In this document: positions 28,129-37,957 of the stretch, in pieces
How the letters are laid out: the number at the start of each line of letters is the position of its first letter
Position numbering within the stretch: the stretch's first letter is position 1
Sequence record: SRR22947725_317
Length of the DNA stretch: 40,350 nucleotides
Strand: one strand, 5' to 3'
Translations under genes and position numbers: made by a program
The notes under the pieces: generated by a model
What the model was told of the DNA's origin: nothing
Database searches by the model: none
The model's input: only the letters and a program-made list of their open reading frames with translations

Positions 28129-28965
28129 ATGCGCGCTCAAAGAATCCTGAGGGTAGTTTCGGGTGTCGTCGGTATTGTGGTCACGTTCGGGCTCTTCGTG
28201 GTTCCTTTTATTTTTATAGCCCTGACCGCGGTGAAGAGTCGGGCCGAGGCGGGCCTGCTTGAGTTCTCGCTGCCGCGCGAAGGTTACTTTTTTATGGAGA
28301 ACCTTACCCAGGTAATTGAAGCGCGGGAGTTTATGCTGGTGCGCGCATTCTGGAATTCAACCGTGCTCACGGCGGCATCGGTAGCGCTCATGGTTATTGC
28401 CGGAGCGATGATTGCCTTTGTGCTGCAGCGGCGTAAATCTAAATGGACCGGGTTGATTAATGCGCTGGTCTTGGCCGGGCTAATTATTCCGCCCGCTGTG
28501 GTCCCAACCATTTGGGTGATGCAAGGCCTTGGACTTTTCAAGACGCTCCACGGGCTGATTTTCATTGAGGTCGCATTCGGCATAGCCTTCTGTATTTTGC
28601 TGTTCCGGGCTTTCATAGCCACAATTCCGCGCGAGTTGGATGAAGCCGCGGTAATCGACGGTGCAGGGCCGATCCGCCTATTTTTCCAGGTGATTTTCCC
28701 GCTGTTGAGGTCAGTTATTTTCACGGTCGTGATACTGCAGTCGATTTTTGTTTTCAACGACTTCCAAAACCCGCTTTACTTCCTGCCGGGGGATCAAAAC
28801 GCCACCGTTCAGCTGACCCTATTCAATTTTCAGAGTCAGTTCCTGACAGCGTTCAACCTGCTGTTCATGAACATCCTGATCATCACAATTCCGATGTTGG
28901 TGCTGTTCCTGTTCTTCAACAAGCGGATTGTCGAGGGGATGACCGCCGGCGCAGTCAAGGGCTAA
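28129..28965 (+). CDS. Carbohydrate ABC transporter permease
   Basis: IPRELDEAAVIDGA, C-terminal GMTAGAVKG. Confidence 0.92.
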   Translation: MRAQRILRVVSGVVGIVVTFGLFVVPFIFIALTAVKSRAEAGLLEFSLPREGYFFMENLTQVIEAREFMLVRAFWNSTVLTAASVALMVIAGAMIAFVLQRRKSKWTGLINALVLAGLIIPPAVVPTIWVMQGLGLFKTLHGLIFIEVAFGIAFCILLFRAFIATIPRELDEAAVIDGAGPIRLFFQVIFPLLRSVIFTVVILQSIFVFNDFQNPLYFLPGDQNATVQLTLFNFQSQFLTAFNLLFMNILIITIPMLVLFLFFNKRIVEGMTAGAVKG

Positions 28966-28991
28966 GCAACAACCGAAACGTTCCTGCCGAG

Positions 28992-30446
28992 CTAGTCCCT
29001 TGGCAGGTAACTTGACAATTCGAAGTCAGAGTTGCGAATTATGGCGCGCACGTCTTCAAGGGTTTTGCCGGTGAGACCGTGGGCCCGTGCCTGAATCAGC
29101 AAATTGCCTATGGCGGTAGCCTCAACCGGTCCCGCAATCACCTCAACCTGGCAGTAGTCCGCCGTGAGCTGACACAACAGCTGGTTTTGGCTGCCGCCAC
29201 CGGTGACGTGCAACCGATCAAAACTCAGGCCCGTAAGCTCGCTAAGCTGAGCGAGAGCAACCGAATAGCTTTTTGCCAGCGAGTGCAAAATAACGGATGC
29301 GACCTCGGCGGGACTGGTGGGCCCGGGTTTGTTGGTCTCGATGAGTAGCTCGGCGATCAGCTCGGGCATCGGCCCGGGAGCCACAAATCTTGGGTCGGCT
29401 ACGTCGATGATTGCCACTGGTGGCAGCTCGGCGGCTTGGTCAAGCAGCTGGTGTAGGTTTTGCGATTCGCCTTGCTCTTGCCAGTAACGCAGGCTCTCTG
29501 AGAGTAGCCACAGCCCACTAAGGTTCTTGAGGTAGCGAACTCGGCCGTCAACACCCAGCTCATTACTGAAATTTGCCTGACGCGAGGCTTCACTCAAGAT
29601 GGGGTCGGCTATTTCGGCACCCAGCAGTGACCAGGTGCCGCTGGACAAAAAAGCGAAGTTGGGCTTGGCAGACGGGTTGCCGACCACCGCAGATGCGGTG
29701 TCGTGCGAACCAACCAGCACCACGCGAGTCTGGCTCATGCGTCTGCCGAACTCGTGTTTTATTTTGCCCAGCTCTTCACCGGCGTCTGCCAGCGGGGCGA
29801 ACTTTGACGGGTCTATCTTGAGTCGCTGCAGCAACTCGGCGCTGAACTCCCGGGTGCGCGCATCGAGCAAACCAGTTGAAGAGGCGTTAGTCCGTTCGGT
29901 TTTTGACAGCCCGGTGAGCAGATAACCAATCAAGTCGGGCAGCAGCTGCAGCTGCTCGGCCTGAGCCCAGAGCTCGGGCTGAAGTGCCTGCTGTCTGGCA
30001 ATTTGATAGAGCGAATTGAAGGGCAAGAACTGCATGCCGGTAAAGCCGTACAGCTGGGCAAAATCAATTTGCGAGTGAACTTGGTCTACCCCAATTTGGT
30101 TTTGCGGGTCACGGTAACAGGCCGGTTGGTCAAGTAGCTCTCCTTCTGCGACCAGGCCGTAGTCCACCGCCCAGGTGTCAATGCCAACACTCACCACGTC
30201 GCGCCCCATTCGCTCTCCATAGGCCCCGAGTTCGCGCAAACCGGTTCGAACCTGAGAAAACAGCTCAGTGAAGTTCCAAACTAAGAGATCTGCCCGCTGA
30301 ATTGGTCCGTTGCTGAATCGGTGGACCTCGCGAACGGTCAGCCTGCCGCTACTAACCAGGCCAGCTATTACTCGCCCCGAAGACGCCCCGATGTCGATGG
30401 CACCGAACAGAGCTGATTGGGAAGCCAATTCGGGTTGACCGTCCAC
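28992..30446 (-). CDS. rhaB: Rhamnulokinase (FGGY family)
   Basis: AIDIGASSGRV, GIDTWAVDYGL, HDTASAV, SSGTWSL, GGGSQN, GPVEATAIGN. Confidence 0.92.
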   Translation of the reverse strand: MDGQPELASQSALFGAIDIGASSGRVIAGLVSSGRLTVREVHRFSNGPIQRADLLVWNFTELFSQVRTGLRELGAYGERMGRDVVSVGIDTWAVDYGLVAEGELLDQPACYRDPQNQIGVDQVHSQIDFAQLYGFTGMQFLPFNSLYQIARQQALQPELWAQAEQLQLLPDLIGYLLTGLSKTERTNASSTGLLDARTREFSAELLQRLKIDPSKFAPLADAGEELGKIKHEFGRRMSQTRVVLVGSHDTASAVVGNPSAKPNFAFLSSGTWSLLGAEIADPILSEASRQANFSNELGVDGRVRYLKNLSGLWLLSESLRYWQEQGESQNLHQLLDQAAELPPVAIIDVADPRFVAPGPMPELIAELLIETNKPGPTSPAEVASVILHSLAKSYSVALAQLSELTGLSFDRLHVTGGGSQNQLLCQLTADYCQVEVIAGPVEATAIGNLLIQARAHGLTGKTLEDVRAIIRNSDFELSSYLPRD

Positions 30447-30448
30447 GA

Positions 30449-32485
30449 TTATCGCAAGAACGCTGCGGCAACCCCAGCGTCTACCGGAATGTGGAGCCCC
30501 GTCGTGTGAGAAAGGTCGCCAGCAGTGAGGGCAACCACTGCGTTGGCCACGGTCTCGGGCAGCACCTCGCGCTTCAGCAGCGTGCGCTGAGCGTAGTAGT
30601 TACCCAACTCCGCCTCTTTCACACCGTAAACCTTGGCTCGGGCCGCGCCCCACCCATCTGCAAAAATACCCGAGCCACGAACTACCCCGTCTGGATTTAT
30701 GCCGTTCACGCGGATACTGTGTGCGCCCAACTCTGCAGCCAGCAGCCGCACCTGATGGGCCTGGTCTGCCTTGGTAGCCGAGTAGGCGATGTTATAGGGT
30801 CCAGCAAATACGCTGTTCTTGCTGGAGATGTAGATTATGTCTCCGCCCATACCCTGCTCAATCAAAATTCTTGCAGCCTCGCGTGAAACCAAAAATGACC
30901 CCTTGGCCATCACGTCGTGCTGAAGATCCCAGTCGCGCTCAGTGGTCTCAAGCAATGGCTTCGATAACGAGAGTCCGGCATTATTCACAATCAGGTCAAC
31001 ACCACCAAAGTGCCTAACCGCAGCGGCGAGCGCCGCCTTAATTGACTCTTCACTTGTGACGTCAACCGAAACGGCGAGCGCTGCATCGCGACCGAGGTTT
31101 TCGGCAACCTGCTGCGCGGCTTCGAAGTTTAGGTCAGCGACCACGACGCACCCCCCCTCAGCAACCACGCGTTCTGCAATGGCCTTTCCTATGCCCGAGG
31201 CACTGCCGGTTATGAATGCCACCCGAGTTGACAGACGCTTGGGCTTAGGCATCCGCAGCAGTTTTGCTTCCTCGAGCAACCAGTATTCGATGGCAAACTT
31301 TTCAGCCTCAGCTATAGGTTCGTAGCTCGAGATAGCTTCCGCGCCCCGCATCACGTTTATCGCATTGATGTAAAACTCACCCGCCACTCGCGCCGTCTGC
31401 TTATTGACTCCGAAGGAAAACATGCCCACACCTGGAATCAGCACAATCGCCGGGTCCGCGCCACGCATCGCTGGTGAGTCTTTCTTAGCGAAACTGCGGT
31501 AATAGCGCTCGTAGTCAGCTCGAAACTGCTGGTGAAGTTTTAGAATGCGGGCTTTCAGTTTTTCAATATCAGTGTCACCGGGCAGGTCAACCGCCAGCGG
31601 GCGAACCTTGGTGCGCAAAAAGTGGTCAGGGCAGCTGGTGCCAAGTGCGGCTAGCTTCTTGTATTTCGTGCTGGCCATGAATTCAAGTACCTCGGGGGCA
31701 TCGGTGAAGTGCCCGACCATCGGCTTATCAGTTGAAGCCAAGCCACGCAGCAGTGGCGCAATTGCCGAGGCGCGCTCACTGCGACTAGCTGGCTTGAGCG
31801 CTTGAAAACCGGCAACTGGCCTACCAAAAGGCTCTTTCTTGCCGTGCTGCCTGATGTATCTTTCGGCAGACTTGATTATTTCAAGCGAGTGTTTTTCTGT
31901 TTGAGAGCTGGTGTCGCCCCAGGCAGTCATTCCGTGACCGCCCAGAATACAGCCGATGGCCTGCGGGTTCTGAGTCTGAATCTTCTCGATGTCGAGACCC
32001 AGTTGAAATCCGGGCCTGCGCCAGGGAACCCAAACCACACGGTCTCCAAAAATTTTCTTTGTTAAGCCTTCCCCGTCTTTGCTGGTTGCAATGGCAATGC
32101 CGGAGTCGGGGTGCAGGTGGTCAATGTGAGCCTTATCAACCAGAGCGTGCATCGCGGTATCGATGCTGGGCGCAGCCCCTGAATTACCGTGCAGGCAGAA
32201 ATCGAGGGCAGCCACCATCTCATCTTCGTGCCTTACGCCGCGATAAACCTTTTTCAGGCCACGGATTCGGTCTAGGCGCAGAACCGCCAATCCTGCCTCG
32301 GTAAGAGTTCCGAGGTCACCGCCCGAGCCCTTGACCCACATCAATTCAATGGTTTCACCCGACGCCGGGTCTAGGGCTTGACCCTTGGCCGAAGTGTTGC
32401 CCCCGGCATAGTTGGTATTTTTAGGGTCACTGCCTAATCGGTTCGATCTTTCAATCAGCTTGGCAATGGTTTCTCGCTGTGACAT
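30449..32485 (-). CDS. rhaD: Bifunctional rhamnulose-1-phosphate aldolase / SDR lactaldehyde dehydrogenase (RhaEW-type)
   Basis: Class II aldolase N-domain (NYAGGNTSAK, VKGSGGDL, HLHPD, CPDHFLRTK) fused to an SDR (TGSASGIG, NNAG, YSATK). Confidence 0.92.
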   Translation of the reverse strand: MSQRETIAKLIERSNRLGSDPKNTNYAGGNTSAKGQALDPASGETIELMWVKGSGGDLGTLTEAGLAVLRLDRIRGLKKVYRGVRHEDEMVAALDFCLHGNSGAAPSIDTAMHALVDKAHIDHLHPDSGIAIATSKDGEGLTKKIFGDRVVWVPWRRPGFQLGLDIEKIQTQNPQAIGCILGGHGMTAWGDTSSQTEKHSLEIIKSAERYIRQHGKKEPFGRPVAGFQALKPASRSERASAIAPLLRGLASTDKPMVGHFTDAPEVLEFMASTKYKKLAALGTSCPDHFLRTKVRPLAVDLPGDTDIEKLKARILKLHQQFRADYERYYRSFAKKDSPAMRGADPAIVLIPGVGMFSFGVNKQTARVAGEFYINAINVMRGAEAISSYEPIAEAEKFAIEYWLLEEAKLLRMPKPKRLSTRVAFITGSASGIGKAIAERVVAEGGCVVVADLNFEAAQQVAENLGRDAALAVSVDVTSEESIKAALAAAVRHFGGVDLIVNNAGLSLSKPLLETTERDWDLQHDVMAKGSFLVSREAARILIEQGMGGDIIYISSKNSVFAGPYNIAYSATKADQAHQVRLLAAELGAHSIRVNGINPDGVVRGSGIFADGWGAARAKVYGVKEAELGNYYAQRTLLKREVLPETVANAVVALTAGDLSHTTGLHIPVDAGVAAAFLR

Positions 32486-32491
32486 TGAAAT

Positions 32492-33658
32492 TTATGCTCC
32501 CCAGCCAGCCTGGTTTCCACCAACGCGAGTCTCCCCAATTTGAGCGAGATAGCCGCTTGCTAGAAATTCTGCCATGGGGTCTGCTGCCAACCCACGGCCA
32601 GCACGCCACTGGGCGAGCGCGGGGCGAACATCGAGGTAGAAGGCATCCATGAAAATGTCGTTTGCTCCCATTACATCTCCAGCCTCCTGAGCGCGCTCTA
32701 GTGCATCGAGGTCAATCATCAGTGCCCTGGCAGCCATCTCAACTACGTTGAGCACTGAGCGAATCTGGCCCGGGATTTTGGCTTCGATGTTGTGCCCCTC
32801 ATCGAGCATGAAGGTGACATTGGATTTCTTGTCAAAGCTACCGCCACGAATTACCTCAAACATGATCCGGAACAGTTGAAACGGATCAGCCGCACCGACA
32901 ATCAGGTCATCATCGGCATAGAAACGCGAGTTGAAGTCAAATGACCCGAGTTTTCCCAGGCGTAATAGCTGCATCACGATGAACTCGATATTGGTACCGG
33001 GGGCATGGTGCCCGGTGTCAAGACATACCACCGCTCTTTCACCCAGCGCCATAACCTGTGCGTAGGCGGTTCCCCAGTCAGGAACATCGGTGTGATAGAA
33101 AGCCGGCTCAAAAAACTTATACTCAAGTACTAGGCGCTGGCTCGGCCCAATTTGCTCGTAAATCTTGCCAAGTGAATCGGCCAATCTGTCTTGACGATCC
33201 CGCATGTCATCCTGACCGGGGTAATTTGTGCCATCGGCCAGCCAGATTTTTAGGTCGCGCGAGCCGGTCTTGCCCATAATTTCGATGCACTCGAGGTGGT
33301 GATCGATGGCGCGCTTGCGCACCTTGGAATCAGAGTGGGTCAGGCTGCCGAGCTTATAAAGCTCGTCTTGAAACGTATTCGAATTGATGGTGCCCAGCTC
33401 AAGGCCGTGGTCGGCAGCGAAGGTTGAAAGCTGGGAGTAATCATCGACTTTATCCCAGGGGATGTGCAGAGCGACTCGCGGCGCCAAACCGGTGTACTTA
33501 TGCACCTGGGCAGCATCTTCAATTTTCTCGAATGGGTTTCTGGGCACACCAGGCTGCGGGAAGACCTTAAATCGGGTCCCGGTGTTTCCGTATGCCCAGG
33601 AGGGCACCTCGATTTCAAGCTGCTCAAGATTGGCGAGTGCCGCCTCATTAACGCTCAT
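32492..33658 (-). CDS. rhaI: L-rhamnose isomerase, actinobacterial type
   Basis: PSWAYGN.GTRF, LHIPWD, WLADGTNYPGQ, EYKFFEP, DTGHH, DDDL. Confidence 0.93.
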   Translation of the reverse strand: MSVNEAALANLEQLEIEVPSWAYGNTGTRFKVFPQPGVPRNPFEKIEDAAQVHKYTGLAPRVALHIPWDKVDDYSQLSTFAADHGLELGTINSNTFQDELYKLGSLTHSDSKVRKRAIDHHLECIEIMGKTGSRDLKIWLADGTNYPGQDDMRDRQDRLADSLGKIYEQIGPSQRLVLEYKFFEPAFYHTDVPDWGTAYAQVMALGERAVVCLDTGHHAPGTNIEFIVMQLLRLGKLGSFDFNSRFYADDDLIVGAADPFQLFRIMFEVIRGGSFDKKSNVTFMLDEGHNIEAKIPGQIRSVLNVVEMAARALMIDLDALERAQEAGDVMGANDIFMDAFYLDVRPALAQWRAGRGLAADPMAEFLASGYLAQIGETRVGGNQAGWGA

Positions 33659-33664
33659 ATTCCC

Positions 33665-34033
33665 CTATCTTTCCGTGTTATCCGCCGCAAGGCCGCCAAG
33701 CTGGGACTCTAAGTTGAAGGTTTCAGTCAGCAGGGTTAATCCCTCGGTTTTTGTCGTATCCGAAACATCAAAAAACTTATCTGTTTCGCGCTGCCATCGA
33801 TCTTTCAACGCAATGGTTGACATGCCTGCTGTCGGGTCAACCCCGGCCTCGGTCACGAAACAACCCACCAAGAGCCCACAGGTATCCTCAAGAATTGAGT
33901 AGTTTGCCCAGCCGGTGCTTTCAAGCGCCCTGGGCATTTCGGACCAAACTTGCTGGTGGTAAGCCAAAAACTGCTCAGGCTTCTCAGGATTTACCTGCAT
34001 CCAGAAGCATTCTCTGGTGGCTTCAGTTGGCAA
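33665..34033 (-). CDS. rhaM: RhaM-family mutarotase, diverged and possibly decaying
   Basis: H..VW.EM, TGW.NYS, GLLVG, RWQ..FF and FNLE.QL retained, but several consensus positions are substituted. Confidence 0.7.
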   Translation of the reverse strand: MPTEATRECFWMQVNPEKPEQFLAYHQQVWSEMPRALESTGWANYSILEDTCGLLVGCFVTEAGVDPTAGMSTIALKDRWQRETDKFFDVSDTTKTEGLTLLTETFNLESQLGGLAADNTER

Positions 34034-34054
34034 TGTTACTGACCTCGAAACTCT

Positions 34055-34068
34055 TTGAATCGTTTCAA
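34055..34068. promoter_or_regulatory. LacI-type operator TTGAATCGTTTCAA
   Basis: Identical to 25509-25522; 21 nt upstream of the rhaM-rhaI operon. Confidence 0.8.
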
Positions 34069-34222
34069 TGATTCTGGCATTTAGCGGCTATCTTAGCAAC
34101 CTGGTTATTCTAGGGTTACCAAATCGTTGCCACCCTAATATGGGGGATGGTAGGGCGTTACTTGTCACCGAGGAGCGCATCCCTAGAATTGAAATGTTCA
34201 AAATTGAGTTAGAGGGTCAGCC

Positions 34223-35260
34223 ATCAATTCTCAACCAGCCAGACCGAGAGTTCAAGATGTTGCGCGGATTGCAGGGGTCGCAGTTGGCACCGTTTCGAAC
34301 GTGCTGAATCACCCGACACGCGTGACACCCGCGACTCGGAAGCGAGTTCAAGAGGCAATCGACCAACTTGGGTTCATAAGGAACGATGTGGCTCGTCAAT
34401 TGAAGGCTGGCAAGAGCAAAACCTTGGGGCTAATTGTTCCAGACGCCTCAAACCCATTTTTCGCCGAAGTCGCCCGCGGAAGTGAAATCGAAGCCCAGGA
34501 AGCCGATTATTCGCTGCTGATGGGCAACAGTGGCCAGGATGTGGAGCGCGAGTCGAAATATTTCAACCTGTTTCAAGAACAGCGAATCAGTGGGGTCTTG
34601 GTTTCGCCAATTGAAGACGTGAGAGAGGAAATAGAGTCGATCCGAAGCCAAGGCACACAAACGGTATTGGTAGACCGAAAGGCCGATCCGTCAATTTGCT
34701 GTTCAGTGTCTGTTGACGACATCGCCGGCGGTCGAATGGCGCTAAAGCACCTAATTGATCAGGGTTATCGAAATATTATTTTTGTAGCTGGCCCACTTGA
34801 AATGCAGCAGGTGGCCGACCGCCTCAGCGGCGCTCGCGAAGCCATTAGGCAATCGCGCGGCGGCGCCCAGCTGCGAGTAATTACTACGAAAAATCTGGAT
34901 GTCCTTGATGGTCGCGAGGTGGGAAGCCAAATTGTGGCCATGCCGCCGATTGAACGTCCCGATGCTGTATTTGCCGCCAATGACTTGCTCGCGGTTGGCG
35001 TGCTGCAGGCATTCGTCTTTAACGCCTCGATAAAGGTGCCCGAGGAGATAGGCCTTGTGGGCTATGACGACATCGCGTTCGCAGAATCGGCGATTGTGCC
35101 GCTGACCTCAATCAAGCAACCCGCCAGGCTACTGGGCAAGACCGGCGTCGAGATGCTAATCGAAGAGATTGAAGACCCCTCGGGCCACCGGCATCGCCAG
35201 ATCACGTTTCAGCCCGCACTGGTGGTGCGCGAAAGCACTGCCGGCCCAAGTGCGCGGTAG
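34223..35260 (+). CDS. LacI-family repressor of the rhamnose locus; only available start before the HTH is ATC
   Basis: The HTH RVQDVARIAGVAVGTVSNVLN is in frame upstream of the ORF-track GTG 34301. Sugar-binding domain has ANDLLAVG and VGYDDI. Confidence 0.88.
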   Translation: MNSQPARPRVQDVARIAGVAVGTVSNVLNHPTRVTPATRKRVQEAIDQLGFIRNDVARQLKAGKSKTLGLIVPDASNPFFAEVARGSEIEAQEADYSLLMGNSGQDVERESKYFNLFQEQRISGVLVSPIEDVREEIESIRSQGTQTVLVDRKADPSICCSVSVDDIAGGRMALKHLIDQGYRNIIFVAGPLEMQQVADRLSGAREAIRQSRGGAQLRVITTKNLDVLDGREVGSQIVAMPPIERPDAVFAANDLLAVGVLQAFVFNASIKVPEEIGLVGYDDIAFAESAIVPLTSIKQPARLLGKTGVEMLIEEIEDPSGHRHRQITFQPALVVRESTAGPSAR

Positions 35261-35270
35261 CAGCTTGCCT

Positions 35271-35357
35271 TTGCAAACAATCCTGTTGGTCGCAGCAATT
35301 ATTCAGGACACGGATGGCCGCATGCTCTTCGGGCGCCGCACTGATCACAAGTCATAG
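35271..35357 (+). pseudogene. N-terminal fragment of a Nudix (MutT/NudG-like) hydrolase
   Basis: (M)QTILLVAAIIQDTDGRMLFGRRTDHKS* resembles the VVAAII.D.DGR.L..RR start of Nudix proteins and stops before the Nudix box. Confidence 0.55.
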
Positions 35358-35367
35358 GCACCGAGGA

Positions 35368-36588
35368 CTACCACGAAACAGTTGCCCTACCTGCCTTGTA
35401 TGTGGCAACAGGGTGAGCAAAATCCATTGGCCGGTTTTGTTCGGCCTCGAGCAATCTCAATTTTGGAAATTTGCTAATCAGGCTTTCGATCGCCACACGA
35501 AGTTCCACTCGCGCCAGTTGCTGGCCAACGCAACCATGAATTCCATGTCCGAAGCCAAGGTGACCGAAAGCGTCCCTTGTGACATCAAATTGATTGGGAT
35601 CAGGGAACACCTGAGCATTACGGTTTGCCGCGACAGGTGATACGGCTACAGAATCCCCCTTGCTAAAGCGAAAGCCCTGTAACTCGACATCCTCTGTGGC
35701 AGTCCTTGAAAATAGGGTCAGGAACATCGCTCCATACCGCATGAATTCTTCGATCGCAGCAGGAATGAGGCTGGAATCATTTCGCAGTTTCTCCAGCTCA
35801 GAGGGATTCTGAAGCAGAGCTACCGTTGTGGTAGTGATCATGTAGGCCACGGAGTCGCGCCCGGATACAAATAAAACAAAGGCGAGACCCTCCTCCTCCA
35901 CTTCACTCAGGTCAGACTTGATCATTTCTCCTAGGACAGAGTCGTCTGGGTTGAGTCGCTTGATTTCAAGCACCTCTCGAACAAAGTAGACCTTCTCGGC
36001 CTGTGAAGAATCTCCCGCAAATAGCCTGTAGTACTTGTCTTGAAGGTGTTCAGGTATGCCCAAGACATGTCCGTGCACAGCGGTAGAAATTGGATTGGAA
36101 TACTCATGCTCGAGATCCACGCCGGGTCCAATAGCGCTTAAGTGAGATATCTGCTTGTTCACGATTTCACGAACCTTGGGTTCGTGCCCTTTCGCGGCAC
36201 GAACCGAGAACTTACCTAAGATTGTGCGGCGAATCCTTGCGTGTTCCAGACCATCAATAGCTAGAAGTCCAGCTAGTCGAGAAGCTTCTTCTGCCCGCTC
36301 ATCTGGCTCCTGGTCGCCAAACGCAACCTGAGTCAGAGCACCTGGAATTCTTTGAGGAAGTTGACTAAATCGCGAATCCACAAGCAGATCTCGAGCTAAG
36401 GCGTGATCAGTAACGATCCACCCTTGGTGGCCGTCTGTGAAGCTCAACGGGCTTGCCTTCCCTTCCTTTGCCCAATCAGCCAGTGTCGGAGAGGGTTTCA
36501 AAGGAGTGCCGTCAGTGGGAAGAACTCTTTGATGGGAGACTGGACACTTTCTAGTTTCTGTAGATTCTGTGTTTAGGTCTTCGTTCAA
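35368..36588 (-). CDS. Cytochrome P450
   Basis: H.R.RR C-helix, I-helix SGRDS, EEFMR (ExxR), AANR, FGHGIHGCVG heme ligand. Confidence 0.95.
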   Translation of the reverse strand: MNEDLNTESTETRKCPVSHQRVLPTDGTPLKPSPTLADWAKEGKASPLSFTDGHQGWIVTDHALARDLLVDSRFSQLPQRIPGALTQVAFGDQEPDERAEEASRLAGLLAIDGLEHARIRRTILGKFSVRAAKGHEPKVREIVNKQISHLSAIGPGVDLEHEYSNPISTAVHGHVLGIPEHLQDKYYRLFAGDSSQAEKVYFVREVLEIKRLNPDDSVLGEMIKSDLSEVEEEGLAFVLFVSGRDSVAYMITTTTVALLQNPSELEKLRNDSSLIPAAIEEFMRYGAMFLTLFSRTATEDVELQGFRFSKGDSVAVSPVAANRNAQVFPDPNQFDVTRDAFGHLGFGHGIHGCVGQQLARVELRVAIESLISKFPKLRLLEAEQNRPMDFAHPVATYKAGRATVSW

Positions 36589-37763
36589 TATCTTCTCTCT
36601 CCCTGGTTCGCCCTGATGGCTTTCTCAACGACTGGACGCATGGAGCGAAATTCTTTTGGCATGTTCAATCCAACAAGGCCTTTCAATTGACCTTGAGACT
36701 TTGCGACAGCAAGAAACTTCAGCGAGTCCTCACTCCCAGCTATAACCTCAACTTCTGAGTCTGCGCCAACCTCGCCCAGAATAAGCGCCCTGTGGTCGGC
36801 TAGCTCTGACCAGAAATAAGGCACTGGGAGGTCACTTGGTTTACCCGTTACGATTAGAGTCCCTACTGACGCCGCTTGTCCAATTGCCATCATTTGGTGC
36901 TCAATACGGCTAGCCTCTTTGGGGCTACTGTTCCAGCAAGCCACATCGCCTACCGCGTAAATGCCTGAGGCTGCTCGGCCAGTTGCATCGCAGAGAATGC
37001 CATTCGAAGTATCCAGGCCGCTTCCATGTAGCCAGCTGACATTAGGAACACTGCCGACCGCACCGATCACCAAGTCAGCCACAACCTCGAATCCATTGCT
37101 CAGAACTGCCAAAGTGCCCAAAGGACTTCCCGAGAGCTCTTCAACCGTGCAATCCATCTGAAGCTCTACGCCTAGATCAAGAAGAATCCTCGTTGCGGCT
37201 TTGGAGAGTATTTCTAAATCAGCACCTAGTCTCGGATGGGGAAAATTGCCCACTAAAGTGACTCGGTGCCCTAGCTGAGCCAAAGTTGCTGCCATTTCAG
37301 ACCCAAGCACACCTGCACCAATAATGAGAATCTGCCCGTCGGCTTTGATTGCAGATTTGAGGTTTTTGGCATCATCAAGTTGCCTTAGGTATGAAACTTG
37401 AACTTCAGAGCTAATGCCCGTCAAGGTTCTAGCTTTAGCCCCCGTTGCTATCAATAGATGTTCGTAATCAAATGTGCCCGCCGATGTAAAGACCTGAGCC
37501 TCTGAGGGGTCGAGTCGCTCTGCCGTCACGCCCATGTGAAAAGAGATTCCTAGGTCCTCTAGCCGTTTTTTCGAGGTCAGCTGAACTCTTTCTTCTCCCC
37601 ACTGTCCTGAGAGAAATTGCTTTGACAAAGGAGGTCGCTGGTAGGGAAGCTCGGACTCACTTCCAATAATGGTGACCGAGCCCTTGTACCCCTGCTCTCT
37701 GAGGGTTTCTGCGGCTGTAAGGCCGGCCACAGAGCCTCCAACAATTAGGACGCCCTTGCTCAC
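36585..37763 (-). CDS. FAD/NAD(P)H ferredoxin reductase
   Basis: GGSVAG, PYQRPPLSK, ATG, GAGVLGSE, YAVGDVA, PYFWSE. Confidence 0.92.
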   Translation of the reverse strand: MSKGVLIVGGSVAGLTAAETLREQGYKGSVTIIGSESELPYQRPPLSKQFLSGQWGEERVQLTSKKRLEDLGISFHMGVTAERLDPSEAQVFTSAGTFDYEHLLIATGAKARTLTGISSEVQVSYLRQLDDAKNLKSAIKADGQILIIGAGVLGSEMAATLAQLGHRVTLVGNFPHPRLGADLEILSKAATRILLDLGVELQMDCTVEELSGSPLGTLAVLSNGFEVVADLVIGAVGSVPNVSWLHGSGLDTSNGILCDATGRAASGIYAVGDVACWNSSPKEASRIEHQMMAIGQAASVGTLIVTGKPSDLPVPYFWSELADHRALILGEVGADSEVEVIAGSEDSLKFLAVAKSQGQLKGLVGLNMPKEFRSMRPVVEKAIRANQGERRY

Positions 37764-37957
37764 TAGCTCTCAATCAGCTGAATCGCCCTGGCCGGGCAAA
37801 GTGAGGCTGCCTTTCGTGCAAGGTCCTCTTGAGCCTCCGGGACCTCAGGCCGCAAGGCTATAACAATTCCCTCGTCATCTTGATCAAAGAGCTCCGGTGC
37901 AACTAACGCACACTGGCCCGCTCCAACGCATGCATCCTGAGTAACAGAAATCTTCAT
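37763..37957 (-). CDS. [3Fe-4S] ferredoxin
   Basis: MKISVTQDACVGAGQC...CPARAI (CxxAxxC...CP); true start is ATG 37957. Confidence 0.92.
   Translation of the reverse strand: MKISVTQDACVGAGQCALVAPELFDQDDEGIVIALRPEVPEAQEDLARKAASLCPARAIQLIES

Noticed and set aside
5746-28965. Both ABC systems lack an ATPase gene
   Set aside because: Normal in Actinobacteria, where a shared MsiK-type ATPase serves many sugar importers.
34068-34307. 79-aa ORF that might frameshift into the LacI gene
   Set aside because: It spans the operator/promoter region, has no protein-like features and no slippery site; the ATC start is simpler.
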